Source: Owenia fusiformis
Taxonomy: Eukaryota
Assembly (NCBI GenBank): GCA_903813345.2
Contig: CAIIXF020000001.1
Coordinates: 42,594,001-42,658,000, forward strand
Reading direction: 5' to 3'
Length of the DNA stretch: 64,000 bases
How positions within the stretch are numbered: the first letter of the stretch is position 1; every line of letters begins with the position of its first letter. Of the stretch, positions 52,012-64,000 are shown piece by piece. Below the pieces are notes generated by a model. The model did no database searches and was not told the DNA's origin. It saw nothing but the letters and a program-made list of their open reading frames with translations. The translations under genes were made by a program, and so were the position numbers.

Positions 52012-52257
52012 CACAGGGAGATATGCCGATTACTCAATTAGTACAAAATTAGCACTCTGGCAAAAGTGCTCTCATGCCACGAGTGCTAATTTAGTACTAA
52101 TTCATCATATGAGTACTCATTTAGTACTAAAACATGCAATTAATCAGTACGCATGTCATACGTGCTCATGTATATTACTAATATTTACTGAAATGAGTAC
52201 TCAATTAGTGCTAAAATGCCATGAGAACTATTTTAGTACTCGGCATATCTCCCTGTG
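52012..52257. mobile_element. Palindromic MITE (246 bp)
   Basis: CACAGGGAGATATGCCGA and TCGGCATATCTCCCTGTG termini, with many internal agtact/ttagtact repeats. No clean TSD. Confidence 0.7.
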
Positions 52258-52626
52258 ACATGAACTTCATTTTTCATTATTGTCAGGTACTGTCAGGTAT
52301 TGTAATCCAAAATATTATTGAACACAAATAATGGTTCACCAAAATGAGGACTCCCCATGAAACAGATCTTAATAGCATGTTGAAGACTGTATAGGAAGTT
52401 GTTAATAGTCAATTAAGTAATTATCATCTAGTGTTGTGTTATATCCTATGACCTAAAATAACATCTATGAATACTAAATACTAATTTACTGCAACACTAT
52501 CACTATGACGGTCAAAAACAACCAGTGAAGGAGCGCCGGGCGGTTGTCTCGGGTGGTACGTTTGCAACTGAGCTAATTTATTATTTAGATGTACTATAGT
52601 ATTGTAAATATGTAAGCACTAGTGCC

Positions 52627-52962
52627 ATGGGAAAAGGAGCAAAAATTGTTACAGAACCCAGCGAGAAAATGAAAACATTTAAGTGGTCACCATTCATTAG
52701 AGGCAAATGGGGCGACATGAAAGACAGACATGACGGGCACCTATGTAAGGCTTGTGGTGAAGCGGATGAGACCTTGAAACATTTCATGCTAAAATGTAAA
52801 ATATTCTCAGCCGAAAGAAAAATCATTCTAGATATTGTCAAAAATCACTCACAGATGACGAATCAAAGTAATGAGCAAACTCTAAGACTAATATTTGGTG
52901 AAAATGAACAATTGGCACTCGATCAGTACATATTAATTGCGAAAAATGTTCATAAAATGTAA
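52627..52962 (+). pseudogene. 3' fragment of a LINE ORF2 (CCHC knuckle)
   Basis: LCKACGEADETLKHFMLKCKIFSAERK matches the Cx2C...ETx2Hx4C C-terminal motif of non-LTR elements. Confidence 0.65.
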
Positions 52963-53768
52963 CTCCAGAGGATTGGGCATGTTGCGGTAACGCTATCTCC
53001 GAGCCTTTCGTCCAGTGCAATCCGAACCTCATGTGCCTTACCTCATGCAGTTGTTTAAATTCCCGCAAAAATTACCCTTCTAAATATTTTGACCTGCTTC
53101 AAAAAAATATATTTCTTTGCGTTTGCTACTGATTTTATTCGTTATATTTTATGGAATGTTTATTTCTTATGTAGTAAGAATTCATTCATAAGAAAAATAT
53201 TAAGTAATTCGTATCAAACTGTTAAAAATGAAAACTTTGCAAGGACTTCCGATCAGAAATTGTTTATTAACACCGTTGCTATGCAGTTCGTTTTGAAGTG
53301 ACGTCATCCCATATTTGAATATTATTTGAAGCGTTTTCAGAAAATTTTGACACCGCCATCTTGAAAACGTGTAGTAATGTTGATCCCAGTGATTATCGAT
53401 CTTGACATTTTACAATTTGTTGCTCCGCGGAGATTTTTACCTAAAAACACATCAAATACAAAGTAGATTACCAATTTCGATGGTAAAATCATTTGTAAAC
53501 GTTATAATTTATGTTATATTAAAGTTTCGGCGTTGTTCATAAAGTATTACAGATTGTACTAATTTCTGAAGCTTTCTAAGATCATGCCCCGGGAATTTTA
53601 GAACTATTTTAACAACATCAGAGAGGTAGTGAAGGTACGCAACGAACGAAATGAATTTTGAGAATGGCGGTTACGGGTCAACGCGGTAGCCTGGCGTCCG
53701 GCCGTATAGTAGGGGGTGCTCTGGATGTGTTGTTAATACTGATTATGTTCCTTATATATATATATATA

Positions 53769-54878
53769 TAGTAGCCCGGACAGAATTGTTCAATGGTCAC
53801 TTTTTCTTTAATAACTTTTTTAATTTTCAGTATTATCAAAATCTGATTACATATTTGAGAACTAGAGTAAAATTCTGACATACAAAAAAATATTTAAGGA
53901 ATGTCTCTTAATTTATTGATATTATAGGCCTTCATAGTATAAGTGACGCAAATACATAATTCACCATTTTGTCTCATATTTTGTTCAAAATTGGCGGCAT
54001 GTTTTGTGGATTTGAATGTTCAGTTGAAAGTTAATATTTAAAAAATGTCATAGGCCTATGAAGTCATGTGGACTGCTGCTTTGATATGATGTAATGGCTG
54101 CATTTATAACCCTTTGTTTTAAATTGACTTGTATGTATACCAGTACTTAAAAAGGTTTGTACATTGTATGAACAGTATATTGGTAAGGTCGCAGGACTTA
54201 AGTTTTTTGGCCATTCCATTGTTGCTCAGAGTGGATTAGCAACCCTAGTTCGTTTAACCTGTGCAACTATAGGGTCATATTGCCACAGTTTGTAGTGTCT
54301 TTCCCAGTCACACGCATCTTAACCCATCCTTGGCATGCATGTGAATTGTTCTTCAGCTTTTCAATGGCCTCTGAGATGCTGTTTGGAGCTCTTGAAAAGA
54401 TTGGGGACCTTAACTCTCATCACACCCCGCACGTTGGGGCGCCACCTTTTCACATCCTCTTGAACACAACCCCGAACATTTCAATAGAGTTGATTTCATA
54501 TACCCTTAGAGGGAGTTGACTTCTTGTATTTGATGATTGGCCAGTTGCTGCATTACATCAGGATTGTAACGGTCGCAGAATGGCCCTATAAGTCCTATGA
54601 CAATCTTTAAATATTAACTTTCAACTGAACATTCAAATTCACAAAATATGCCGCCATTTTGAACAAATATGAGGCAAAATTATGAATTATGTATTTGCGT
54701 CAGTCATACTGTGAACGCCTATAATATCAATAAATTAAGAGATGTTCCTTAAATATTTTTTTTGTATGTCAGGATTTGACTCTAGTTTTCAAATATGTGA
54801 TCAGACTTTGATAATACTAAAAATTAAAAAAGTTATTAAAGAAAAGGTGACCATTGAACAATTCTGTCCGGGCTACTA
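53769..54878. mobile_element. Long-TIR (~285 bp) Tc1/mariner-type MITE inserted at a (TA)n tract
   Basis: tagtagcccggacagaattgttcaatggtcac... is mirrored by ...gtgaccattgaacaattctgtccgggctacta. Arms are ~53769-54055 and ~54593-54878, with TA flanks. Confidence 0.88.
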
Positions 54879-56205
54879 TATAATGTATGTAACTTTTTAC
54901 CAATTTATTTTCTTTAATAAGAAATTGTTCTCTTCGGAATTGGAGTAATAAAGATACAAACAAACCCAAACTAACCCAACCCATAATCCAACGTGAAAAG
55001 AGATCAAGTCTTTTCAAAAGGCACGCCAATGCAATGTTTCCCTTACTACCCTCTTTTTCTGATTCGGAAATGTCCAAATTCTTCGGAATATTGTAAAATT
55101 GTGACAATCTCCATCACTCTACTTCCTTAACATTCTTATTGAGACTAGAGTTTCTTGATTCGAACGATTTCACGTTAGACTAATTATGGTTTTGGGATGG
55201 TTGGGGTTTGCTTTCCTCATAACTGGTGTACTCTTTGATGTTTTCTTTTTCTTGCTCTGTTCTATAAAGATTTCTTGCTTTGGCACGTATGAATACATAT
55301 CCATATCAGTTGTTGTTGTCATGAGGAATAGTGCATTGTTTATTAATTACAGACAATAAGGTACGTTAAGGAAGTTTTTCATTTTGAATGACAGCATTAC
55401 GGATACCATTTCCGATTGAAAATTCTTGACTTGTGCCGAAATCAGTACAAATGCATAAATTCATATTACATGTAATCAGATTTAGGTTTTCTGAGCAGTT
55501 CATAGAGTTTAAATTCTATTCCCGAATAATATTCGATCTCCCGAAGGACAGTTTAGTATATCAAATTTCCAGACTCGTTCGCCAGGAAACTGATAAAGGC
55601 AAATCAGAAGATGTAAACAGCTTTCGAGAAAACCTTTTTTCCTTCTCTGCATGTTTTGCGAACGATCAAGTCATAGCACCAATAGGGCCACGTAATTATA
55701 ATCTTAAATGGTCATATCATCACTCTCTAACCTCCTTCGTGCAAATAATTCATAAATTCAACAAACATTTCGATTGCAAGTTTCTCTGGATGGTATATTG
55801 AATAGGTCATTTACGTATAATTACCATAAATCTAAGTATGATCTTTAAGAATTTTCCTCCTCTGGACGACTATATATATACCAATGTCGAAATGTCCCTT
55901 GCCACAGTTAAGAATGCAATTGCTTTCATTGTACGTGTCATGTGGAATTCGAATGCTTAATGTCGATAAGACGTCAATTTGGCGAGGAAACATCCGTAAC
56001 ATTTTTTTTTATTTCTTATCTGTGTATGCTTGAGTGTATGATACGCTATACTCGCTGAAAAGGTCAATCAAAGGGTTGGAATGACCCAATGAAGAATCCC
56101 TTTCACATTTAAAAGTCATGAACTTCCTTTGTTGGAAACGCAAGAGACTATTCATTTTGCTGGCAGCTGAAGGGCTATGTTAACAAGAAAGTACACATTT
56201 GATGA

Positions 56206-56540
56206 CTAATTAGTGATTAGATTGCATCACTTATGGAAAACTGTCTCTAAATTGATGTTTCAAGAACGAGACTTTATTGAAGTCCGACTATTGTATTTCG
56301 ATTTCCTTTGCACCTGTCTATGCAATTCTTATAAAGATTTGTTGCTCGTCTCGAATGTAAACGAATTTATCAAATACGATTTTTTTCGAATTTACAATAG
56401 CTGATTGCTCTTTAGAGAAGGGAAACTAGACCTATCTATTACTGATGATCAATTAAATCAACACAGTTAAAATACTTCGGAAGTATAAATAAAATTTAAG
56501 ATATCCGGTGTATTGTTGGTTTAGGCATTCAATCAAAAAT
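56206..56540 (+). repeat. Dispersed direct repeat, copy 2 of 47672-47983
   Basis: Same shared blocks as copy 1. Confidence 0.8.
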
Positions 56541-56862
56541 TTTTCAATCAAAAGCTTTTCATAAAAAATCATTCGTTCGATTTAAGGGAAATGAACGAGT
56601 CTGATCCTCCCTCACCCCACAACACAGGGGTTTAATAAAGGGAAATCAAAGAGTGACCGGTGTAGAAAAATAAACAAGATATTTTATACTAAACATAAGT
56701 CTAATAATTCCAATAAGCTACATACATGTTCAATATATAAAATGACCAAGGGAAAATTCAATGGAAGCAATTAATCGACTATACTGTAGTTACTGAGAAA
56801 CTAGACAAATTCTTACAAATATGATGGAACATGAAAATTCTGCTGGATAGACAAAGCCAAAA

Positions 56863-57785
56863 TTAAAGGAATTCTAGGCGATAAAAATAACAAAATATTG
56901 CTTCTAATTATTTAAAATTGTTCCGTGGATTCGATTTTAAATGCTTCTTAAAGGAATTCTATGCGATAAAAATGACGAAATATTGCTTCTGGGACAAGAT
57001 CAAACGACTTTTACATATTCTTTACCCTACCTATTTTGTAATTTAACAATCAACGCAAATATACACCATATTTCAGCATTTGGAATGTTTTGACTTCCCC
57101 GCTATCTCAAAAACAACGTATTACCATTTGCTCAACTCGAAAATTCACTTCCGGTCTGTCGTAATACATGTAAAGATGAGCTGAAAGTTGTCGTGAACAC
57201 CTTTCAATCCTCAGTCTAAATATGGCTTTTCAAGGTTCAATAGACGACTTTGAATGGATCTGCATGCATAGTTCGAAAATAGAATCATCAGAGAAGGTTT
57301 TAAATCATGAAATAGACTACTTTGAATGGATCTGCATGCATAGTTCGAAAATAGAATCATCAGAGAAGGTTTTAAATCATGAAATCTACTCTAAAGCCTG
57401 AAAAAGATTTTTTTGAACCATTTTGTCGGCTGTATGCTACAATACGCCTTTAATAATCTTCAAATGCTTAACTATAATTTCTACTTGTAATGTTTTTGAC
57501 TTCCCCGCTTCATAAAACGACATCATCACCATTTACTCGAATCGAAAATTCACTTCCGGTCTATCGTAATAAAGATGAAGCTGAAAGTTGTCGTGAACAC
57601 CTTTCAATCCTCAGTCTAAATATGGCTTTTCAAAGTTCAATAGACGACTTTGAAACGACCTTCGTACATAGTTCGAAAATAGAATCATCAGAGAAGGTTT
57701 TAAATCATGATATCGACTCAAAACCCTGAAAAATCTTTTTGAACCATTTTGTCGGCTGTACATGTATGTTACAATGTGCCTTTAA
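56863..57785. repeat. Compound duplicated block, possibly a Kolobok-like relic
   Basis: ttaaaggaattcta occurs at 56863 and 56948. A ~300-370-bp unit occurs at 57085 and 57489, each copy ending gcctttaa. There is an extra ~70-bp internal duplication at ~57250-57390. Confidence 0.6.
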
Positions 57786-60700
57786 GTACATTTCAGTCTA
57801 TGTTTTAGTTCCTGGGATAATTCTTCTACAAGGTTTCACATTGCATTTTTCATGAATGGCATCACTGAATGACTGCTATGTGAATATGTACACACTTTTG
57901 GTTTTCTATTGAGATTTCTATAATGGCTGTCACCGGTTTGTATATATGGTAGCAAACACGAGGTATAATAAATAAATGCTGTATCGCAATATGTATAGAC
58001 CTGACTCACCACAATTACATGAAGATTGTAAAATACTTACCTATAGATTATCAGGGTTTAATCAATCTACATTTGATATATATTTGTTTCAATTTGGTAT
58101 AGATAGAGGTGATGTTTTTCAATGCAAATAAAAACATTCGTGATTTCTCAGTGCTTGATACCTCTGATGAGGGATTTCTCTCGCTCTTAATAGTTTATCT
58201 AAAGTGGACCATTTAGAGGGAGCATCAAGTTAAAACATAACCTTTACTTCCATTGATTACTTCATGCTAGTTACATCAGAATTGTAAGCCTATATTTAAA
58301 CCGTAAACACGTATATGAGATATGCAGATGCAGGTTTCACCATATGCTGCAGCCGGAATGATCATGTAGTAAAGCGTCAATTTGAACAAGGGCTGAATAA
58401 TATGCTGCTTTCTCAGGAACCAGATTTGGGTTCACGTGGAATCATCGCCGTAAGTCGATGTCATTGTACCAGACACATGCCATTTTTAATCAGAAGGTTC
58501 TGGCATAATTAGACATTGATTATCGTTTTATTGAGTAGAATATTGTGCATTGGTGTTTACCTATAAACGATAATCGATGGTAAAAAACAAGAAAGGACGC
58601 AGTGGTGTTTACATTGTGGCCAATTCACACAATGATCAGATCGCCTGACATCGGAAATCGGTCTTTTCTGGGCTTCATTAGGGAAAACACATTTGGCTGT
58701 ATATAATATTGGTAATATAATAAAGTAAGTACATTAGAAAAGTCATACTCATGGCGGATATAGGGTGCTAGGACTCTCCCTCTTTGGTGGGCCCGGCCCC
58801 CATCCTTGGCCAGGGTATTTCTTCTTCCCTGAATTGAGGAATAAATAAAGTCCTTTGAATGAAAAATGGTGGTCCCCAAAAAACCGTCCCAAAAACTGCT
58901 TCTGACCACATAAACTGGGGCCCCTTCCCCGACCACCTCTTGATTTTAAGGTCCGCGCCTGTAGTCAGTTTGAATTGTTGTTTGTGTGACTAGTCATGAC
59001 GTCGTTACTGTAGTAGTCCTCCAACCAACGCACAAGGTATGTCACATTTGATCGTCAAATGTTGTTATTCTCATGATGTTTTCTAAAGCGTTCGTCCCGT
59101 TGTTCCGATAATCACATTGAAGTGAATCCATAGAAATGTGAGATCTTTTTAATCAGGTGACAGAAATTCTTGCCATATAGATATACGACCTACGTGAATA
59201 AACAAACGATGACGACAATCCGTAAAAACACCTGTCATGTATCAAAATGATAACTTGGGAAGAAGTTTATGATATACTGACCAAAGTGAAAAGCTTCGAA
59301 TTGAAATGGCGGACTCTTTGGAAAAACAGATCAACAGCACTTATAATCAAAGACTAAGTAACTTCGATGTGACAAGTGAGGTGTATAGGCTTTGTAACAC
59401 ACCTCAACAACTAGAAGAAAACCAGTAAAATCAAAGTGAATCAAGAGAGTCCAAATTGTTAAAGAAAATCATGCCTGCCTTGGAAAATAAAAATATGACA
59501 TTTAACATTAGCCAGAACACCAAACCAATTCAAGTCCGTGATCGAAGGTAGCATTTTTATTAAATGCCACATGCAAAATATACACTTAAGAAGCTTTTAA
59601 GTTATGCTTCATTAAAGATTATTCCGTTCAATGAATTCTACAATTATATCATTGTAACATGCATTTCCCATTAGATATATATAAAAGACATTGTACCTGT
59701 ACTGTTTCCGATATGTGGAAACATGAGATAGATTGATTCAACAAGATTATCAGTCCAAGATTATAATTAAAAGGTGGACAACCTCTAGTTGATCCAGAGC
59801 CCGTTAACTTTACGATGCCTCGTTTTAGAAAATTCAAGATGGCGAACTTTTCGATAGCAAGATGTCAGTAGATTTCACTATATCGCCAGCTTTTGACAAA
59901 ACAGACTTACATTTCTTTTTTCAGTTTACATTATTAGTCACACCTCGCATCATGATAAACCATGGCATCTCATTTCTTGTCAGTTCGGAGATGTTTCAGG
60001 TGAAACAGAAAGATGCTATGAGTATCAAAATGCACCCCTCGTGACTCGCAATAATTCTATAAATGGTAATTATCGTTGCAAAATCGTTGACATCCTGTGA
60101 TATAGATAAATGGTATTGTTATATTAATAAAGGATTATTTTTATAAAAGTGCTAATTCAATACAGGGGTGTAGTACGTTCTCTAATTCACTGATACTGCT
60201 CTCGATTACGCTGTTTCCGTTTCAGTAACAAGATGGCTACTGTTCCGGTTCTTCATCCTTGATTTCTCTTGAAACAATATAAACCATCCCAGTCTTTTCG
60301 GCACAAACATTTAAGCATCTTGTTTCCAGAAATTCAAGTGATTTCGCACAAAATAGTTCGTGGGATGACAGAACTCCGATTTAATTCCTCACTTTTGTTA
60401 CGCGTTCGGAACTTCAAAAACGGTTAAGATTTTCACTTTTAACCCACTCCGTTTACGTAATAATAGTGGGGTTTTAGATCAAAGATTCAGTTGTCTTCTA
60501 ATATAGAGACACTTTTGTGATGGAATTGTTGTGGAAATTCGAAGCTTTCGTGCCTTCGAGGTTCCGACATTTTGTTAACTAAACGTACGAATCTGTTTCG
60601 GTAACTAGTTTGAAGAGTGCAGTTCCAGTGTAATTGCCTTTCTGTCAAATACCACACTGCTATTTAAATGATCGGTGGGAGCATTTATTGTTGCTGATTG

Positions 60701-63700
60701 CACTCACCACTGGTAACAAATCTCAATTTGAGCAGAAATGCTAACATCAAAACAGTAGATCACCAAAACAATTTCTTATGAATCCACAGGGCCAACACCA
60801 TTAGTTTCACTCACGATACGATTACTATTCCGTTATTTTAACGATCTTGTTTATTCATGATCTTCTGTAATTTGTTTTTTGGCATAGTTAAGAATTGTAA
60901 ATCACCAAAATAGAACGGAATGTTGCCATTAGAGTAATTATCGTATTGTTTAGGGGAATATTTTCACTCCAACAAATTGCATATTAATACTTGTTATTTC
61001 AAGCGCATATATCCGTTTTGCATCCAAGTATTACATACTATGAAAACCCCTTTGGAGCGTGTAGGATATACTTTAGTTATAAATATATGTAATCAACGGC
61101 ATTTTAATGGGTTTGAAATCAAATAAAGATTAAGTGATTGAATTAGCGTATCCTGGCTTTTATTTTTCTAAAATACTGCAAGCCTAAGAAAATCAATATC
61201 CACGAACCATTCGATGTGAGACCTCGTTGCTTTTCAATTAGCTGTGTTTATTGCCCAGCGCTTGGGATTGTTTCTAGTTCGACGCTGCTATTGAGACACA
61301 GTAGACGTGAAATGCGATTTCTGCAGATGATCAAGATCTCACTATATAGAACTTGAAACCTGTTGCCGATACATTTAGGAGACTGGTGTTTATAGAAGAG
61401 ACACATAAAATGAAGCACATATTAAAAAACATTTCATAGTTATTCTGTATCACTTTATATTTGCAGTTGGCAGTTTAGAAAAGAATATGAGAGAGATATC
61501 TCGGAGGCAGAAATAGACAATTAAAGTGAAAAAGGTCGGAGTTAAGGATAGTGATAAAAAGTACTTTAACATCTAAACAAGCGAACAGTAATTGATATTT
61601 CGCCATATTGTAAATATGTTACGTTGCTTTGATTTACTAAAACTGGGAAAATACATCTATTGACCTAAATATTTGGAACAGCTACATTTTTCAAACATCA
61701 ATCGAAGAATTCAGTTAAGGTAAGTTTATCTAAAGGTTTGCTTTTGAGGTTTTAAAGGTCGTATATGTTGGCTTTATTGTAAATGATCACTCCCATTATT
61801 TAGACATGTAACTAACGCTAGTAAGTAATAATGATGAGCTCTCTGTATTATTTGTATTTATTTTAACTGATATCGATTAAAATTGCCCCAATATTCGTGC
61901 ATGTGAGTTTTGGAACTCCTTGCTGTTATACAAATAGACGAATTTTATACAGTGGATTCTATATTCTAGCGAGTTTTGTGACTTAATGCTCGATACAAAT
62001 ACATGATTTATCTCATTCAGATGATCCAGTTATTTATATTATTAAAATGCGATTTTGGCGTTCGTGATTACAGCGTATAACTGATATCAATGAAGAGCGA
62101 TATATTTGAGATAGATACTTAAACGTGCCTGTCTAAATGTCTGATCTGCTTACCCGATCGGATCATTGACAGAAGTCATCATTTCAAGAGCTCATCACCA
62201 TTCCGCACTTAGCCTAAACACAAACAAATCTTAGAAAATGATAAAATTAAGTATGCCAAGATAGAGTAATAATTATGATTTACATTCCTGTAAAATGCAC
62301 GTTTATAGAAATGAGTTTGTTCTTTACATGGGCTTTCTAATTGAAAGCCCATGTTCTATATCAGAAAGCCATCTGGGGTCTCTAAGTATTAATGCATATG
62401 TAATAGGGACCCGGGATTGCCCCTAAGTGCTCGAGTGCTTGAGAAATCTGTCACGATACGAGCGTATCGATATTCAATTTGAAAATCGAAAAATAATTGT
62501 ATCGTTTCTTGAACTTGAACTATTAAAACCAAGCCTGTTTCAACATTTTCTGCACGGGAGGAAATTACTATCAAAATGTGACAAAGAGCTTTTCTTTACT
62601 TGAAGATAATTGACGAATCTAAAAGATACATCATTCTGTCTTCATACTCACAGTCCCTGATATTACTAGCTATCTAGTGAGATCGTTTGCCTTATCATAT
62701 GGGACCGTTTCAAATATCAAAAATGAAGTCAACTCCTTTGTCACATAAATAGTTAATGTAAACTCGAGTATTGTATTGTTCAATATTTAAAGGGTCCCTA
62801 CACTACTTTCAGTTTAATTAGTTTTTCCAAATTCGAACTCGGCAAGGTTTGTCTCATTTACAAAGTGTTAATTTGCGATATCTTATTTGAGCTATTTAGT
62901 ATTCGATTCGTATACATATTGAACTCATGGACTAATAAGGTTAACAAGGTCGTAATGAATGAGTTGCACAAATAACAATCAATGAAATGATTTTATCAGC
63001 ATACCAATCTATAGAAGATAAATTTCATACATAATATATTTAATGTGATAAATTGCGATACACATCAATTGAAAAGCTATTGGTTTATAGTAACAATAAA
63101 TCAGAAAATAAATAAAATCACTGTTTTACTACCACCTACAAGCAATAGAGTCAATGTCATCAAACGACAATATGAATTACAAAAAATGTAATAATACTAT
63201 TTCACCCGGTGAAGCAGAGCAAGAAAAATATCGTAAGCAAGCAATAGTTTTGTGTGATAAATGTAGTTCATGAATTAATTGTATTTAAATTGTATTAAAC
63301 ACGAAAATCAGACTACTCGCGTAGTTGCTGGATTACCACAATGATAAAATCTTATTTGCTTTGAATTATCAAATTAACAAATTATGGTAGTTTTTTTACC
63401 ATTCTCGGAAAGGAATAAGGCAAGATGTAAATTTTGTCCGAAATATAGTTCCGTATAGATTCTTTCTGTTTGGCATTCTTTGTTCGACCGATAAAAGCGA
63501 CTGTTTGGCAGTGTGGCATGAGATTGTTGTATATGTCTCTACTGACATTAATCATTTTAGCGAAGTTCGATTGAAAATTCCTTTTTTCCAGAGCCAAGAT
63601 TTGCCTAGGATGAGTAAACATGCTCTTAAAGTCAAAGTTTTTGTTTGATTTATCATTAATTGTATAGGTTACGTCTTCCAAAATTCTTAAACAGGTGGCC

Positions 63701-64000
63701 CCCTATTGCTGACAGGAACAAATCATAGCTTTACTGATATGCTATGTTTGTTAATATGTTCTTTGGACTTATTTGTCTACGAATTGATGGATTTATCTAG
63801 TTCTGCCCCTGGTGGTAACCGATTAACTGAAATCATTGAACGAGGTACTTGTATAGGTATTTCATGAGGTCTATATGCAAGCAGTTCTTCTACTTTACTC
63901 TAAGAGCAGACTGAACAATATCGCTAAAACATACGAATAGTGTATTCACACGAGATTAAGAAAAAGATAAATGAGCCTGTATATTTTCCTTTCTTTTAGA

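Noticed and set aside
62326..62354. Histone 3' stem-loop or terminator
   Set aside because: Stem and loop geometry do not fit the 6-bp-stem/4-nt-loop histone consensus, and no histone ORF lies upstream.
63382..63681. 99-aa minus-strand ORF and the other short ORFs in 55400-64000
   Set aside because: No recognisable domain or convincing splice context; consistent with chance ORFs or very old relics.

Overview
AT-rich eukaryotic genomic DNA, probably from an invertebrate animal (inferred from the mix of transposon families). No recognisable host gene is present; the window is a nest of transposable elements. The centrepiece is a 7,083-bp Maverick/Polinton-type element (38067-45149) with AGTAGT...ACTACT termini, a perfect 6-bp TSD (CATAGT) and ~1.65-kb two-tier TIRs. 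It has no pPolB, integrase, capsid or protease gene. It keeps an intact A32/FtsK-like packaging ATPase, an in-frame upstream C2H2 zinc-finger micro-ORF not listed in the ORF track, and a small basic protein, so it looks like a helper-dependent 'mini-Maverick'. Other elements: a frameshifted single-ORF CR1/L2-group LINE with a 2A-like NPGP motif; a truncated Harbinger with a spliced Myb/SANT gene; several Tc1/mariner relics and MITEs; a Transib-like MITE with RSS-heptamer-like ends and a 5-bp TSD; Helentron-type HINEs; a hAT-like MITE with a 5-bp TSD; a tRNA-derived fragment; an L1/Tx1 relic; and a 39-bp minisatellite. All identities and copy numbers are by-eye estimates, and no searches were run.
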